Origin: Acidobacteria bacterium RIFCSPLOWO2_12_FULL_68_19
Lineage (GTDB): Bacteria > Acidobacteriota > Vicinamibacteria > Vicinamibacterales > UBA2999
Length of the DNA: 64,000 nucleotides
Assembly: GCA_001767525.1 (NCBI GenBank)
Contig: MELF01000036.1
Location: 136,804 to 200,803, forward strand
Reading direction: 5' to 3'
Shown piece by piece: positions 1-10,066 of this stretch. The notes beneath the pieces are model-generated. The model did not search any database and was not told the DNA's origin. It saw only the letters and a program-made list of their open reading frames with translations. The position numbers were made by a program, and so were the translations under genes. How positions within the stretch are numbered: position 1 is the first letter of the stretch; each line of letters starts with the position of its first letter.

Positions 1-1192
1 GATCCTGCTCGTGGTCGGCATCCGCGAGAGCGCGCGCTTCAACGCCGTGATGGTCGCCATCAAGGTGGTGGCGGTGCTGTTCTTCCTGGCCACGGGCGTC
101 TGGTACGTGCGGCCCGAGAATTGGACGCCGTTCATGCCGTACGCTTGGTCGGGCGTCATGACCGGCGCCGCGGTGGTGTTTTTCGCGTACATCGGCTTCG
201 ACGCCATCTCGACGACGGCCGAGGAGGCGAGGAATCCACGGCGCGACCTGCCGATCGGCATCATCGCGTCGCTGGTGATTTGCACGGTCCTCTACGTGGC
301 GGTGGCGGCGGTGCTGAGCGGCATCATCCCGGTGGTGGAATTCCGGGACAACGCGCAGTTCCTCAACGCGCCGGTGGCGTACGCCCTGGCCGTCACCGAC
401 CTGGACTGGGCGGCCGGCCTGGTCTCGGCGGGCGCCGTGGCGGGCATCACGAGCGTGCTGCTCGTGATGCTGATGAGCCAGCCGCGGATCTTCTTCTCGA
501 TGAGCCGCGACGGCCTGCTGCCGCCAGGCGTCAGCAAAGTGCACCCGCGGTTCCAGACGCCCTACATCACGACCATCATCACGTGCGTCATCGTGGCGAT
601 TACCGCTGGGCTCGTCCCGATCCAGGTGGTCGGCGAGATGACGAGCATCGGCACGCTGTTCGCCTTCGTCGTCGTCTGCACGGCGGTCGTCGTGCTGCGC
701 GTCACCCGGCCGGACGCGCACCGGCCGTTCAGGGTGCCGGGCGGCGCCGTCATCCCGGTGCTCGGCGTGCTCTCGTGTCTGTATCTCATGGTGAGCCTGT
801 CGGTGATGACGTGGGTCCGTCTGCTCGTCTGGCTCGACATCGGGATGTTCATCTACTGGTTCTACGGCCGCACGCACAGCCCGCTGGCCGACCCGCGTGA
901 GGCGGCGACGCGGAGCAGCCTCGAGAGCCTGGGCGACCGGCTGACAGTCGCAGGCTACGTGCTGCTGTTCAACGGCGCGGCAATCGTGGTGCTGGCGCTG
1001 CTGACCGAGTGGGGCGTCACGAGCGAGGCGCTGGCGCGCTGGAGCGAGCTCGACGCGCTGACGAGCCGCGTGGGCATGGAGGTGACGCCGCAGCTCGCCG
1101 ACCGGCTGGGGCTCGGTATCATCGGCCTCGGCTTCGGCGTGACGATCGCCGGGTTGGGCATCGCCCGGGTGGGAAGCGGCCGGATGTTCTGA
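1..1192 (+). CDS. APC-superfamily amino-acid permease (cationic amino acid transporter-like), 5' end cut by window edge
   Basis: Track ORF 11..1192 stays open back to base 2. Polytopic membrane protein. 'FFAYIGFDAISTTAEEARNPRRDLP' is the conserved APC/CAT-type signature region. Confidence 0.85.
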   Translation, partial: ILLVVGIRESARFNAVMVAIKVVAVLFFLATGVWYVRPENWTPFMPYAWSGVMTGAAVVFFAYIGFDAISTTAEEARNPRRDLPIGIIASLVICTVLYVAVAAVLSGIIPVVEFRDNAQFLNAPVAYALAVTDLDWAAGLVSAGAVAGITSVLLVMLMSQPRIFFSMSRDGLLPPGVSKVHPRFQTPYITTIITCVIVAITAGLVPIQVVGEMTSIGTLFAFVVVCTAVVVLRVTRPDAHRPFRVPGGAVIPVLGVLSCLYLMVSLSVMTWVRLLVWLDIGMFIYWFYGRTHSPLADPREAATRSSLESLGDRLTVAGYVLLFNGAAIVVLALLTEWGVTSEALARWSELDALTSRVGMEVTPQLADRLGLGIIGLGFGVTIAGLGIARVGSGRMF

Positions 1193-1204
1193 GGATGGAT
1201 TGGC

Positions 1205-1226
1205 CGGGTCCGCTTCGCGGGACCCG
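1205..1226. terminator. GC-rich hairpin between convergent permease genes (candidate bidirectional terminator)
   Basis: CGGGTCCGC-TTC-GCGGGACCCG: 9-bp stem with one bulge and a 3-nt loop, in the 64-bp gap 1193..1256. No U-tract. Confidence 0.35.
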
Positions 1227-1256
1227 CCCGGCGCTCGCATGCGTGGACGGCCGGCG

Positions 1257-2750
1257 TCAGAGGGACCGCCGCAGCCACACGAAGACGGGCACGCCGAGCA
1301 GCACGATGAGGAAGCCGGGCCACGTCGTCGCCGGGCGGTACGTCAGGAGGACGACCAGGATCGTCGCGGCGCCGGCGATGTAGAGCGCCGGCAGCACCGG
1401 ATACCCGAACGCCCTGTACGGCCGCGGCGCATCGGGCCTGGTCGCGCGAAGGCGGAATACTCCTCCGATCGTCAGGATGTAGAAGAGCAGCGCCGCCGAA
1501 ATCACGTAGTCGAGCAGATTTCCGTAGAGATTGCCGTACCGGCCCGTGCCGGCGTCGTAGGTGCGGGGCAGCACGAGCGCCGACGCCCAGATGCCCTGCA
1601 GGACGAGTCCGCACGCGGGCACGCGCGCCGCGTTGAGGCGTCCGGCGCCGGCGAAGAACAACCGGTCGCGCGCCATGGCGTAGTACGCCCGGGCGCCCGC
1701 CAGGATCAGGCCGTTGTTGCAGCCGAAGGTCGAGATCATGATGGCGACCGCCATGAGCGTTACGGCAATCCCCGGAAAGATCGCCTCGAGCGCCGCCGTC
1801 GCGACCCGGTCGGCGGGGGCCTGCTGCACGGCCGAGAGCGGCAGCGTCACGAGGTAGGCCACGTTGGCCAGCACGAACAGCGCGATGACGAGCATCGTCC
1901 CGTAGGCGAGCGACAGCGGAATCGTGCGGTGCGGATCGCGGACCTCGCCGGCCGTGAACGTGATGTTGTTCCAGGCATCGGCCGAGAAGAGCGAGCCGGT
2001 CTGGGAGACGCAGAGCGCGACGAACACGCCGTAGGAGGTGGCCGCCGAGAGGCCGGGAGCGATGGGCTCGACCTCGCGCACCTCCCAGAAGCGGCTGAAG
2101 TTGCCGGCCACCGCGTCGGCATTCCAGCCGAGCAGGAGGCCGATGGCGATGAGGGCGATGAGGACGCCGGTCTTGGTGGTGGTGAAGGTGTTCTGAATCA
2201 CCCGACCGTACTCGAGACCGCGCGTGTTCGTCCATGTCAGCAGGGCGATGAGCGCCACGGCCACGAGCTGCACGGTCGAGAGCGAGATCGCGTACCCGCC
2301 CGACAGGTGCACCGGCGGAATGAGATAGCGGTCTTCCGCGATCGACGGCAGGAGGACGCCGGCAAAGCGGCCGAAGGCGACCGCGACCGCCGCGATCGTG
2401 CCGGTCTGGATCACCATGAAGAGCGTCCAGCCGTAGAGGAAGCCCCAGAGGGGCGAGTACGCCTCGCGCAGATAGACGTACTGGCCGCCGGCGCGCGGCA
2501 TCATCGCGGCCAGCTCGCCATAGGCGAGCGCGGCGGTCATCGTCAGGATGCCGGTGACGATCCAGGCCGAGAGCAGCCACCCGGGGCTTCCGAGCTGGCG
2601 CGCCATCGCCGCCGAGACGATGAAGATGCCCGACCCGATCATCGAGCCGGCCACGACCATCGTGGAGTCGAACAATCCGAGTCCGCGGGTGAACTCGCTG
2701 TCGAGCGTCTCGGTCGCGTCGTCTTTGCGCGCTGGAAGCATGGCCGTCAT
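1257..2750 (-). CDS. APC-family amino-acid permease
   Basis: C-terminal 497 aa of track ORF 1257..3476. From 'MTAMLPARKDD' onward it is a 12-TM permease ('MVVAGSMIGSGIFIVSAAMA', 'GGQYVYLREAYSPLWGFLYGW'). The upstream 242 aa of the ORF are Arg/Ser-rich antisense of folD. Confidence 0.85.
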   Translation of the reverse strand: MTAMLPARKDDATETLDSEFTRGLGLFDSTMVVAGSMIGSGIFIVSAAMARQLGSPGWLLSAWIVTGILTMTAALAYGELAAMMPRAGGQYVYLREAYSPLWGFLYGWTLFMVIQTGTIAAVAVAFGRFAGVLLPSIAEDRYLIPPVHLSGGYAISLSTVQLVAVALIALLTWTNTRGLEYGRVIQNTFTTTKTGVLIALIAIGLLLGWNADAVAGNFSRFWEVREVEPIAPGLSAATSYGVFVALCVSQTGSLFSADAWNNITFTAGEVRDPHRTIPLSLAYGTMLVIALFVLANVAYLVTLPLSAVQQAPADRVATAALEAIFPGIAVTLMAVAIMISTFGCNNGLILAGARAYYAMARDRLFFAGAGRLNAARVPACGLVLQGIWASALVLPRTYDAGTGRYGNLYGNLLDYVISAALLFYILTIGGVFRLRATRPDAPRPYRAFGYPVLPALYIAGAATILVVLLTYRPATTWPGFLIVLLGVPVFVWLRRSL

Positions 2751-2752
2751 TC

Positions 2753-2758
2753 TAGAAT
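2753..2758 (+). promoter_or_regulatory. -10-like TAGAAT 8 nt upstream of folD ATG (leaderless geometry)
   Basis: TAGAAT-GGGAGCAG-ATG(2767). It lies inside the 12-bp palindrome CATTCTAGAATG (2748..2759) in the 16-bp divergent gap. Confidence 0.35.
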
Positions 2759-2766
2759 GGGAGCAG

Positions 2767-3702
2767 ATGACCGCGCGGCTGCTGGATGGCCAGGCGCTGG
2801 CCCGGCGGATCCAACAGGAGATCACTCCCCAGGTGGCGGAATTCACCCGGCGGCGCGGACGTCCGCCCGGTCTCGCCCTCGTCCTGGTCGGCCACAATCC
2901 GGCCTCCGAGGTGTACGTCCGGAACAAGCTCAAGACCGGTGGTGACGTCGGATTCCGCGCCGACCTGGAGCGGCTGCCCGAGTCGGCGTCGCTCGCCGAC
3001 GTCCTCGCGCTCATCGAGCGCCTCAACGGGAGCGACGCGCACGACGGAATCCTCGTGCAGGCGCCGCTGCCGAAGGCGCTCGGGCCGGATGCGGCCCCGC
3101 GCGTCTTCGACGCGGTTGCGCCAGAGAAGGACGTCGACGGCTTCACGCCCGCCAACGTCGGCCGTATGGTGCAGGGACGTCCCGCGCTGGTCGCGTGCAC
3201 GCCGTCGGGGATCATCGAGCTCCTCGTGCGCGAGCGCATTCCGATCGCCGGCCGGCGGGCGTGCGTCATCGGCCGCAGCGACATCGTGGGGAAGCCGATG
3301 GCGCTGCTGCTGCTCCAGCGAGACGCCACGGTGACCGTCTGCCACTCGAAGACGCCGGACCTGGCCTCGGTGTGCCGCGACGCGGACATCGTCGTGGCCG
3401 CGGTCGGCCGGGCCGGGCTCGTCACGAAGAGCTTCGTGAAGCCGGGCGCGACCGTCGTCGACGTGGGCATGAACACGGTGACCGACAGCGCGGTGGCGGC
3501 GTCGCTCTATCCCGACGGGCACCCGAAGCTGGCGCGCTTTCTCGAGCGCGGGTCGGTGCTCGTTGGCGACGTGCATCCCGAGGTCGCCGAGGTGGCGGGC
3601 GCGCTGACGCCGGTCCCAGGCGGCGTTGGTCCGCTCACCGTGGCAATGCTGATGCGGAACACGCTGCGCGCGGCGCAAATGCGACTGGACGGCGGGTGGT
3701 AG
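2767..3702 (+). CDS. folD: Bifunctional methylenetetrahydrofolate dehydrogenase/cyclohydrolase
   Basis: From M74 of track ORF 2548..3702, 'MTARLLDGQALA' is a FolD-type N-terminus. Motifs 'GHNPASEVYVRNK', 'VIGRSDIVGKPMALLL' and 'PVPGGVGPLTVAML'. The alternative ATG at 2740 would overlap the divergent permease start. Confidence 0.93.
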   Translation: MTARLLDGQALARRIQQEITPQVAEFTRRRGRPPGLALVLVGHNPASEVYVRNKLKTGGDVGFRADLERLPESASLADVLALIERLNGSDAHDGILVQAPLPKALGPDAAPRVFDAVAPEKDVDGFTPANVGRMVQGRPALVACTPSGIIELLVRERIPIAGRRACVIGRSDIVGKPMALLLLQRDATVTVCHSKTPDLASVCRDADIVVAAVGRAGLVTKSFVKPGATVVDVGMNTVTDSAVAASLYPDGHPKLARFLERGSVLVGDVHPEVAEVAGALTPVPGGVGPLTVAMLMRNTLRAAQMRLDGGW

Positions 3703-4335
3703 GTGGCGGATGGTAGCCGGGGGTCGTCAGGCCTCCGGGTTCGCCGCATTGCTCTGACCGGCGGCATCGCCACCGGGAAGAGCTACGTGCGGGCCCGATT
3801 CGAGGCGCTCGGCGTTCCGACGATCGACTCCGACGTGCTGTCGCGTGACGCCGTGGCGCCCGGCACGCCGGGCCTCACGGCCGTCGTCAATCGCTTCGGG
3901 CGTGACGTGCTCGACGGGGCCGGCGCGCTCGACCGGCGGAAGCTCGGGAGCATCGTGTTCGCCGACCCCGGCGCGCGGCAGGCGCTCGAGGCGATCGTCC
4001 ATCCGGAAGTTCACCGCGCCACCGAGGCCTGGTTCGCCTCGCTCGATCCCGCACGGCACCCGTTCGCCATCGCCGACATTCCGCTGCTCTACGAGGTGGG
4101 TCGCGAAGGCGACTTCGACGTTGTGATCGTGGCCGCCTGCGACCCGGAGACCGAGCTCCGGCGCGTCATGACGCGCGACGGTTTGTCCGAGCCCGAGGCG
4201 CGGCGGCGGCTGACGGCGCAACTGCCGATCGAGGAGAAGGTGCGGCGCGCCGACTACGTGATTCATACGGGCGGCTCGGTCGCCGACACCGAGGCCCAGG
4301 TCACGCGACTCTGGTCGGGATTGCGGCGCCGCTAG
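3703..4335 (+). CDS. coaE: Dephospho-CoA kinase
   Basis: 'IALTGGIATGKS' P-loop and 'AIVHPEV', with CoaE length. The GTG start abuts the folD stop. Confidence 0.88.
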   Translation: MADGSRGSSGLRVRRIALTGGIATGKSYVRARFEALGVPTIDSDVLSRDAVAPGTPGLTAVVNRFGRDVLDGAGALDRRKLGSIVFADPGARQALEAIVHPEVHRATEAWFASLDPARHPFAIADIPLLYEVGREGDFDVVIVAACDPETELRRVMTRDGLSEPEARRRLTAQLPIEEKVRRADYVIHTGGSVADTEAQVTRLWSGLRRR

Positions 4336-5561
4336 CCCGCGGCTTCGGTTTCGGCTGCGGCGGGGTCCTTGGCCGGCGCAATCCGTTCCTCCACGAACGT
4401 GTTCCACTCGTGGCACTGGGGGCACTGCCAGAGCGGCTCCGTGCTGCGGTAGCGGCAGCGGCGGCAGACGTGCGGGTCGAGATAGAAGACCGCCTCCCGC
4501 GTCAGCTCGACGTAGCGCCGGATGAGCGGCGCGTCGAAGCCGAGCGCCGCCAGCACCTCCCAGATCTGCTGATGGATCGCCAGCGCGTGCGGGTGATGGG
4601 GGAGCGCGTCGAAGAGCTGATCGAGCGCGGCGCGATGCTGTCCGCCGGCGGCGAGGTGCCGGGCGAGGGCCAGGCGCGCGCGCCACTCCTGGGGATCGCG
4701 GTCGATCAGGCGCCGGCACAGCTCGGCGAACCGGCGCGGCGCTCCCAGGCGCCGGTAGGCGCGCTCGAGGCGCTCCAGCGCGAAGTGGGCGTGCTCGGGC
4801 ACGGTGGCGACCAGGCGCTCCCAGACCTCGATCGCGCCCGCCATGTTCCCCTGCTGCTCGCGAACGTCGCCGAGATTGAGGTAGGCCGGCACGGTGCGGG
4901 CGTCGACGTCGATGGCGTCGGCAAAAGTCCTGGCCGCCGCGGCGCCATGACCGGTGCGCTCCTGTTCCAGACCGATCTCGTTCCGGAGAAAGCCGAGAAT
5001 CTGCTGATCGTCCGGGTGGCGGCCGGCGTCGATCTTGGCCACTTGCTCCCGGACCCGCAGCGCTTCGGCCCACTGGCGCTGTTCCTCGTACAGCTTCTGG
5101 AGGTTCACCAGCGCATAGCGATTCTTCGGATCGAGGCGCAGCACTTCGTGAAACGTTTCGAGCGCCCGATCGACGAATCCGCCGTGCCGGAAATCGAACC
5201 CCAGGCAGAGCAGCACGTACGCCTGCTCCAGCTTCGTCAGGTCGGGGCGCTGGAGGAGCGCCTGGTGCACGTTGATCGCCCGGCCCACCTGCCCCTTCTG
5301 CCGGTACAGGTTGCCAAGGATCATCTGAATCTCGAGGGCGTCGGTGTCCGTGCTGGTGGCGAGCGTCAGCTCGTCGATGGCCTGGTCGACCTGGTTGTCG
5401 ATCAGGAAGTTGAGGCCGAGCATGTAATGGGGTGTTTCTCGCAGGCGCCGACGGTCGATCCAGCGGCCGTCGCGCAGCTTGTAGCGCTCCCAGGCCTTGC
5501 CCACCGCGAGCCCCACGAGGAGCGCGACGAGCGCGGCCAGGAGGTACAGCTGGGTGGTCAC
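4332..5561 (-). CDS. lapB: Lipopolysaccharide assembly protein B (TPR + rubredoxin-type zinc finger)
   Basis: N-terminal TM helix 'LYLLAALVALLVGLAVG', TPR repeats, and C-terminal 'CRRCRYRS..WQCPQCHEW', matching LapB/YciM architecture. Start set to GTG 5561 (GTGA overlap with the kdsD stop). The track start is GTG 5579. Confidence 0.88.
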   Translation of the reverse strand: MTTQLYLLAALVALLVGLAVGKAWERYKLRDGRWIDRRRLRETPHYMLGLNFLIDNQVDQAIDELTLATSTDTDALEIQMILGNLYRQKGQVGRAINVHQALLQRPDLTKLEQAYVLLCLGFDFRHGGFVDRALETFHEVLRLDPKNRYALVNLQKLYEEQRQWAEALRVREQVAKIDAGRHPDDQQILGFLRNEIGLEQERTGHGAAAARTFADAIDVDARTVPAYLNLGDVREQQGNMAGAIEVWERLVATVPEHAHFALERLERAYRRLGAPRRFAELCRRLIDRDPQEWRARLALARHLAAGGQHRAALDQLFDALPHHPHALAIHQQIWEVLAALGFDAPLIRRYVELTREAVFYLDPHVCRRCRYRSTEPLWQCPQCHEWNTFVEERIAPAKDPAAAETEAAG

Positions 5562-6544
5562 ACCATTTCCGTCCGCCACAGATCGTGCAGGTGCACGACG
5601 CCTTCGACCTGCCCGTCGGCATCGACGACGACGAGCGAGGTGATCTTGCGCTGCTCGAGGATGTTCAGCGCCTGCGCCGCCAGCATCCGGCCGTCGATCG
5701 TCACCGGCGTGCGCGTCATGACGTCTGCGGCGGTCAGTTTGAGCAGGTCGATCGACTCACGCATGTGGCGCCGGAGGTCGCCGTCGGTGATGACGCCGGC
5801 CAGACGTCCGCGGTCGACGACGCACGTCATGCCGAGGCGCTTGCGCGACATTTCGTCGACGACGGCCGGCAGAGGGGTCGTTGGACCGACGCGTGGCACC
5901 TCGTCGCCGCGCTGCATCAGCTGCTCGACCCGCATGAGACGCTTGCCGAGCCTGCCGCCCGGGTGGAGGTGGGCGAAGTCCTCCTCGCGGAACCCCTTGG
6001 CGACGAGCAGCGTCATCGCCAGGGCATCGCCGAGGGCGAGCGCCGCCGTCGTGCTCGCGGTCGGGACGAGGTTCATCGGGCACGCCTCGGTGGACACCTG
6101 GCAGTCGAGCGCCACGTCGGACGCCTGCGCCAGCGTGGACGCGGCGTTTCCGCTCAGCGTGATCAGTCTGGCGCCGAGCCGCTTGATGGTCTCGAGCAGT
6201 CGCAGCAACTCCTCGGTCTCGCCGCTGTTCGACAGCGCCACCACGACATCCTCGCCCTGCAGTGCGCCGAGATCGCCGTGAATCGCCTCGGCCGGATGGA
6301 GGAAGAAGGCCGGCGTGCCGGTGCTCGACAGCGTGGCGGCGATCTTGCGGCAGATGATGCCCGACTTGCCCATGCCCGTGACGATGACGCGGCCGCGGCA
6401 CTCGGCCAGAATCCGGACCGCCCGATCGAACCGTTGGTCGAGCCGCCCGACCAGGGCGAGAATCGCGTCCGCCTCGGTCTGCAGCACCCGGCGCGCCAGG
6501 TCGAGATCGGCGCTCGCCATCGGCGGCTCCGGCCCGAGCGTCAT
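5558..6544 (-). CDS. kdsD: Arabinose-5-phosphate isomerase (KpsF/GutQ family; SIS + 2 CBS)
   Basis: 'VIVTGMGKSGIICRKIAATLSSTGTPAFFLHPAEAIHGDLG' SIS motif, followed by a C-terminal CBS pair. Confidence 0.92.
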   Translation of the reverse strand: MTLGPEPPMASADLDLARRVLQTEADAILALVGRLDQRFDRAVRILAECRGRVIVTGMGKSGIICRKIAATLSSTGTPAFFLHPAEAIHGDLGALQGEDVVVALSNSGETEELLRLLETIKRLGARLITLSGNAASTLAQASDVALDCQVSTEACPMNLVPTASTTAALALGDALAMTLLVAKGFREEDFAHLHPGGRLGKRLMRVEQLMQRGDEVPRVGPTTPLPAVVDEMSRKRLGMTCVVDRGRLAGVITDGDLRRHMRESIDLLKLTAADVMTRTPVTIDGRMLAAQALNILEQRKITSLVVVDADGQVEGVVHLHDLWRTEMV

Positions 6545-7437
6545 GTCCGTCCCCCGGGTCCAGCCCCCGCCGTGACGCCGCCCCTCGACCGAGCTCGGGT
6601 TGACTCGGAGCTCGTCGAAGCGTCGCGGGCGGCCGCATCGATTCGCCTCAGCCGGAGCAGGAGCGCCTCCAGGCGATCCAGCCGCAGCGCGTTGGCGGCG
6701 TCGCTCTGCGCGCGCGCCGGCTCCTCGTGGACCTCCAGGAACACCGCATCGGTTCCGACCGCCACGCCAGCCGAGGCGAGCGGCTCGATGTACTGCGCCA
6801 GCCCCGTGGTGACGCCGTCGCCGGCGCCGGGCTGCTGCAGGCTGTGCGTGACGTCGAACACCACCGGATAGCCGAGTTCCCGGAGCATCGGCAGCGCGCG
6901 CATGTCGACGACGAGGTCGCGGTAGCCGAAGCTGGTGCCGCGCTCGGTCAGGAGCACGGAGCGATTGCCTTCCGCCGTCACCTTTTCGACCGCATGGCGC
7001 ATGTCGGAGGGCGCGAGGAACTGTCCCTTCTTGATGTTGACCGCCTTGCCGGTGCGCGCCGCGGCGACGAGCAGGTCGGTCTGGCGGCAGAGGAACGCCG
7101 GGATCTGCAGCACGTCGGCCACCTCGGCCGCCAGCGCGGCCTGGGGCGGCTCGTGGATGTCGGTGAGGATCGGCAGGCCCGTCCGGGCGCGTACCTCTGC
7201 CAGCGCGGCGAGCCCGGCATCGAGCCCCGGGCCCCGGTACGAGCGGCGCGAGGTCCGATTCGCCTTGTCGAACGAGGCCTTGAAGATCGCCGGCACGCCG
7301 GTACGGCGCGCGATCTCGCGGATGGCAAGCGCCATCTCGACGACGTGCTCGCGACTCTCGATGACGCAGGGGCCCGCGATGAGGACGAGCGGGTGCCCGC
7401 CGCCAACGGCGAGCGGGCCGATCTGCACGGGAGTCAC
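6541..7437 (-). CDS. kdsA: 3-deoxy-8-phosphooctulonate (KDO8P) synthase
   Basis: 'FKASFDKANRTS', 'KKGQFLAP' and 'VFDVTHSLQ'. Carries a roughly 35-aa low-complexity C-terminal tail. ATGA overlap with kdsD. Confidence 0.93.
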   Translation of the reverse strand: MTPVQIGPLAVGGGHPLVLIAGPCVIESREHVVEMALAIREIARRTGVPAIFKASFDKANRTSRRSYRGPGLDAGLAALAEVRARTGLPILTDIHEPPQAALAAEVADVLQIPAFLCRQTDLLVAAARTGKAVNIKKGQFLAPSDMRHAVEKVTAEGNRSVLLTERGTSFGYRDLVVDMRALPMLRELGYPVVFDVTHSLQQPGAGDGVTTGLAQYIEPLASAGVAVGTDAVFLEVHEEPARAQSDAANALRLDRLEALLLRLRRIDAAARDASTSSESTRARSRGGVTAGAGPGGRT

Positions 7438-7443
7438 GCCGTA

Positions 7444-7449
7444 ATTATA
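7444..7449 (-). promoter_or_regulatory. Perfect TATAAT 6 nt upstream of kdsA GTG (leaderless geometry)
   Basis: The minus strand reads TATAAT-TACGGC-GTG(7437). It is an isolated AT-rich hexamer in GC-rich context, and there is no SD. Confidence 0.4.
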
Positions 7450-7507
7450 GTAGGCGGTCGGCGGCAGGCCGCGAAGGGTGAAAACCCGCGCCTCGCCTGC
7501 CCGCGGC

Positions 7508-9214
7508 CTACTGCCTGTGGCCTACCGCGGTGACTCCAACTGCCGAGAGGGTCTCCGTCTTGTGCCGGTGCGCCGCTTCGACGAAGCTGGCAAACAGCGG
7601 ATGCGGCCGGAGCGGCTTGGACTGGAACTCCGGATGGAACTGCACCGCGAGGAACCAGGGGTGCGACGGCAGCTCCGCAATCTCGACGAACGTGCCGTCG
7701 GGCGAGCGGCCGGACACGCGCATGCCCTTGGTCTGGAGGGCGGTTTCGTACACGCAGTTGAACTCGTACCGGTGCCGGTGGCGCTCGCGCACGAGCGACG
7801 TCCCGTAGATGCGCTGGGCCAGGGATCCGGGCGCCAGCTCGCAGGCGTAGCCGCCCAGACGCATGGTCCCCCCCAGTTCATCGACGCCGAGCAGGTCGCG
7901 CAGCTTGTAGATCACCTTGTGCGGAGCGTCTTCGTCGACCTCGGTGGAGTCGGCGCCCTCGAGGCCGCAGACGTGGCGGGCGAATTCGACCGTCGCCCAC
8001 TGGAAGCCGTAACAGATGCCGAAGTACGGCACGTTGCGTTCCCGGGCGAATTCGGCCGCCTTCATCATGCCGCGGGTGCCGCGCGAGCCGAAGCCGCCCG
8101 GCACGAGAATCCCGTGCGCGTCGCCGAGGAGCGCCGTGCCCCCTTCCTTCTCGAGCGCCTCGGCTTCCACCCAGTTCAGCCGCACCCTGAGCTGGTGCGC
8201 GAAGCCGCCGTGGAACACCGCTTCGTTCAGGCTCTTGTACGAGTCCTCGTAGCCGGTGTACTTGCCGACGACGTGGATGGTGAGCTCGTCGATCGGGTTC
8301 TTGATCCGCTGGACCAGATCCCGCCATGCCCCCGTGCGCGCCTCGGTCAGCGGCAGCCCGAGCAGCTTGAGGATGATGCGGTCGAGCCCCTCCGCCGAGA
8401 GCACGAGCGGCACCTCGTAGATCGTCGAGACGTCCTTGGCGGTGATGACCGCCTCTTCGTTGACGTCGCAGAACAGGGCGATCTTGCGCTTGATGTCGGT
8501 GTCGAGGAAGCGGTCGGTCCGGCACAGGAGGATGTCCGGCTGAATGCCGATCGATCGGAGATCCCGGACGCTGTGCTGCGTCGGCTTGGTCTTCAGCTCG
8601 CCGGCGGTGCCGATGAACGGCACGAGCGTCAGGTGGATGTAGATCGTGTTCTCGCGCCCGACGTCGAGGCGGAACTGCCGGATCGCCTCGAGGAACGGCA
8701 TGCTCTCGATGTCGCCGACGGTGCCGCCGATCTCGACGATCATGATGTCGACGTCGCGGGCGGCGGAACGGATCGCGTCCTTGATTTCGTTGGTGATATG
8801 GGGAATGACCTGCACGGTCCGGCCGAGGTAGTCGCCGCGGCGCTCCTTCTGGATGACCGATAGATAGATCTTGCCGGTCGTCCAGTTGCTGTCGCGGGTG
8901 GCGACCATGCTGGTGAACCGCTCGTAGTGCCCCAGGTCGAGGTCGGTCTCGGCTCCGTCGTCGGTGACGTAGACCTCGCCGTGCTGGTACGGGCTCATCG
9001 TGCCCGGGTCGACGTTGATGTAGGGGTCGAATTTCTGCAGGGCCACGCGGTAACCGTGATCCTCGAGCAGCCGGCCGATGGAGGCCGCCGCGAGCCCTTT
9101 GCCGAGCGACGACACCACGCCGCCGGTCACGAAGATGTATTTCACCGGCCGAGGAACCGAGGTCCCCGCCGCGCCACCTGGCGCGGTGGGGTGGTCATCA
9201 GATCGCTGCATCAT
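7508..9214 (-). CDS. pyrG: CTP synthase
   Basis: '[15 protein letters not shown]', '[19 protein letters not shown]' and glutaminase 'GICYGFQ'. About 24 aa of extra N-terminus relative to the conserved core, so the true start could be slightly downstream. Confidence 0.95.
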   Translation of the reverse strand: MMQRSDDHPTAPGGAAGTSVPRPVKYIFVTGGVVSSLGKGLAAASIGRLLEDHGYRVALQKFDPYINVDPGTMSPYQHGEVYVTDDGAETDLDLGHYERFTSMVATRDSNWTTGKIYLSVIQKERRGDYLGRTVQVIPHITNEIKDAIRSAARDVDIMIVEIGGTVGDIESMPFLEAIRQFRLDVGRENTIYIHLTLVPFIGTAGELKTKPTQHSVRDLRSIGIQPDILLCRTDRFLDTDIKRKIALFCDVNEEAVITAKDVSTIYEVPLVLSAEGLDRIILKLLGLPLTEARTGAWRDLVQRIKNPIDELTIHVVGKYTGYEDSYKSLNEAVFHGGFAHQLRVRLNWVEAEALEKEGGTALLGDAHGILVPGGFGSRGTRGMMKAAEFARERNVPYFGICYGFQWATVEFARHVCGLEGADSTEVDEDAPHKVIYKLRDLLGVDELGGTMRLGGYACELAPGSLAQRIYGTSLVRERHRHRYEFNCVYETALQTKGMRVSGRSPDGTFVEIAELPSHPWFLAVQFHPEFQSKPLRPHPLFASFVEAAHRHKTETLSAVGVTAVGHRQ

Positions 9215-9220
9215 CCCGCC

Positions 9221-10018
9221 TCATGCGCTCGTACCCACGGCCGTCTGCCGCCGCACGCGGTCCAGATCCTCAGGGGTGTCCACTTCGATCGATTCGTACT
9301 GGGTTTCCACGGTGACCATGCGGAATCCGTGCTCGAGCACGCGCAGTTGCTCGAGCGATTCCGCGGCCTCAAGCGGCGTCTGGGGAAGAGCAGTCACCGT
9401 CAGGAGAAACGGCCGCCGATAGGCGTACAACCCGAGATGCTTGTACACGGCGTGTAGGTGGCGTCCGGCTTCGACCGAACCCCGAACGAACGGGATCGGC
9501 GAGCGCGAGAAATAGAGCGCGTTCCCTCGCCTGTCGACAACGACTTTGACCACGTTCGGATTGCTCAGGTCGGTCTCGTCGCTGATGCGGCGCCGGACGG
9601 TCGACATCTGGATGTCCGGATCGCGCTCGAGCGGCGCGACGGCCTGGGAAATCACGTCGGGCTCGAGGAGCGGCAGGTCGCCCTGGACGTTCACCACAAT
9701 GTCGCAGGCGAGATCGGCGGCCACTTCCGCAATCCGATCCGTGCCGGTGCGATGCGTCGGCTTCGTCATCCGCGCGACGCCGCCGAAGCGCTCGACCGCC
9801 GCGGCAATCCGCTCGTCGTCGGTCGCGACGATGACGGCATCCACGCCGGCCGCCGCCGCCGCGCGCCGATAGACGTGCTCGATCATCGGACGGCCGGCGA
9901 TGTCGGCGAGAACTTTTGCGGGGCAGCGCGTCGACTGATACCGGGCGGGAATGACGACGACGGTGTGCAGCGTGTGTGACGTTCGTTCGAAAGGATTTCG
10001 GAACGATACGGGGTGCAC
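9221..10018 (-). CDS. kdsB: 3-deoxy-manno-octulosonate cytidylyltransferase (CMP-Kdo synthetase)
   Basis: '[27 protein letters not shown]' and '[10 protein letters not shown]'. The GTG start is supported by an extended -10 just upstream. Confidence 0.9.
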   Translation of the reverse strand: MHPVSFRNPFERTSHTLHTVVVIPARYQSTRCPAKVLADIAGRPMIEHVYRRAAAAAGVDAVIVATDDERIAAAVERFGGVARMTKPTHRTGTDRIAEVAADLACDIVVNVQGDLPLLEPDVISQAVAPLERDPDIQMSTVRRRISDETDLSNPNVVKVVVDRRGNALYFSRSPIPFVRGSVEAGRHLHAVYKHLGLYAYRRPFLLTVTALPQTPLEAAESLEQLRVLEHGFRMVTVETQYESIEVDTPEDLDRVRRQTAVGTSA

Positions 10019-10023
10019 GGCGA

Positions 10024-10032
10024 ATCATAACA
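10024..10032 (-). promoter_or_regulatory. Extended -10 (TGtTATGAT) 5 nt upstream of kdsB GTG
   Basis: The minus strand reads TGTTATGAT-TCGCC-GTG(10018). Confidence 0.4.
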
Positions 10033-10066
10033 CGGCGGTGCACGGTTTGGCGCTGGCTGTCCCACG

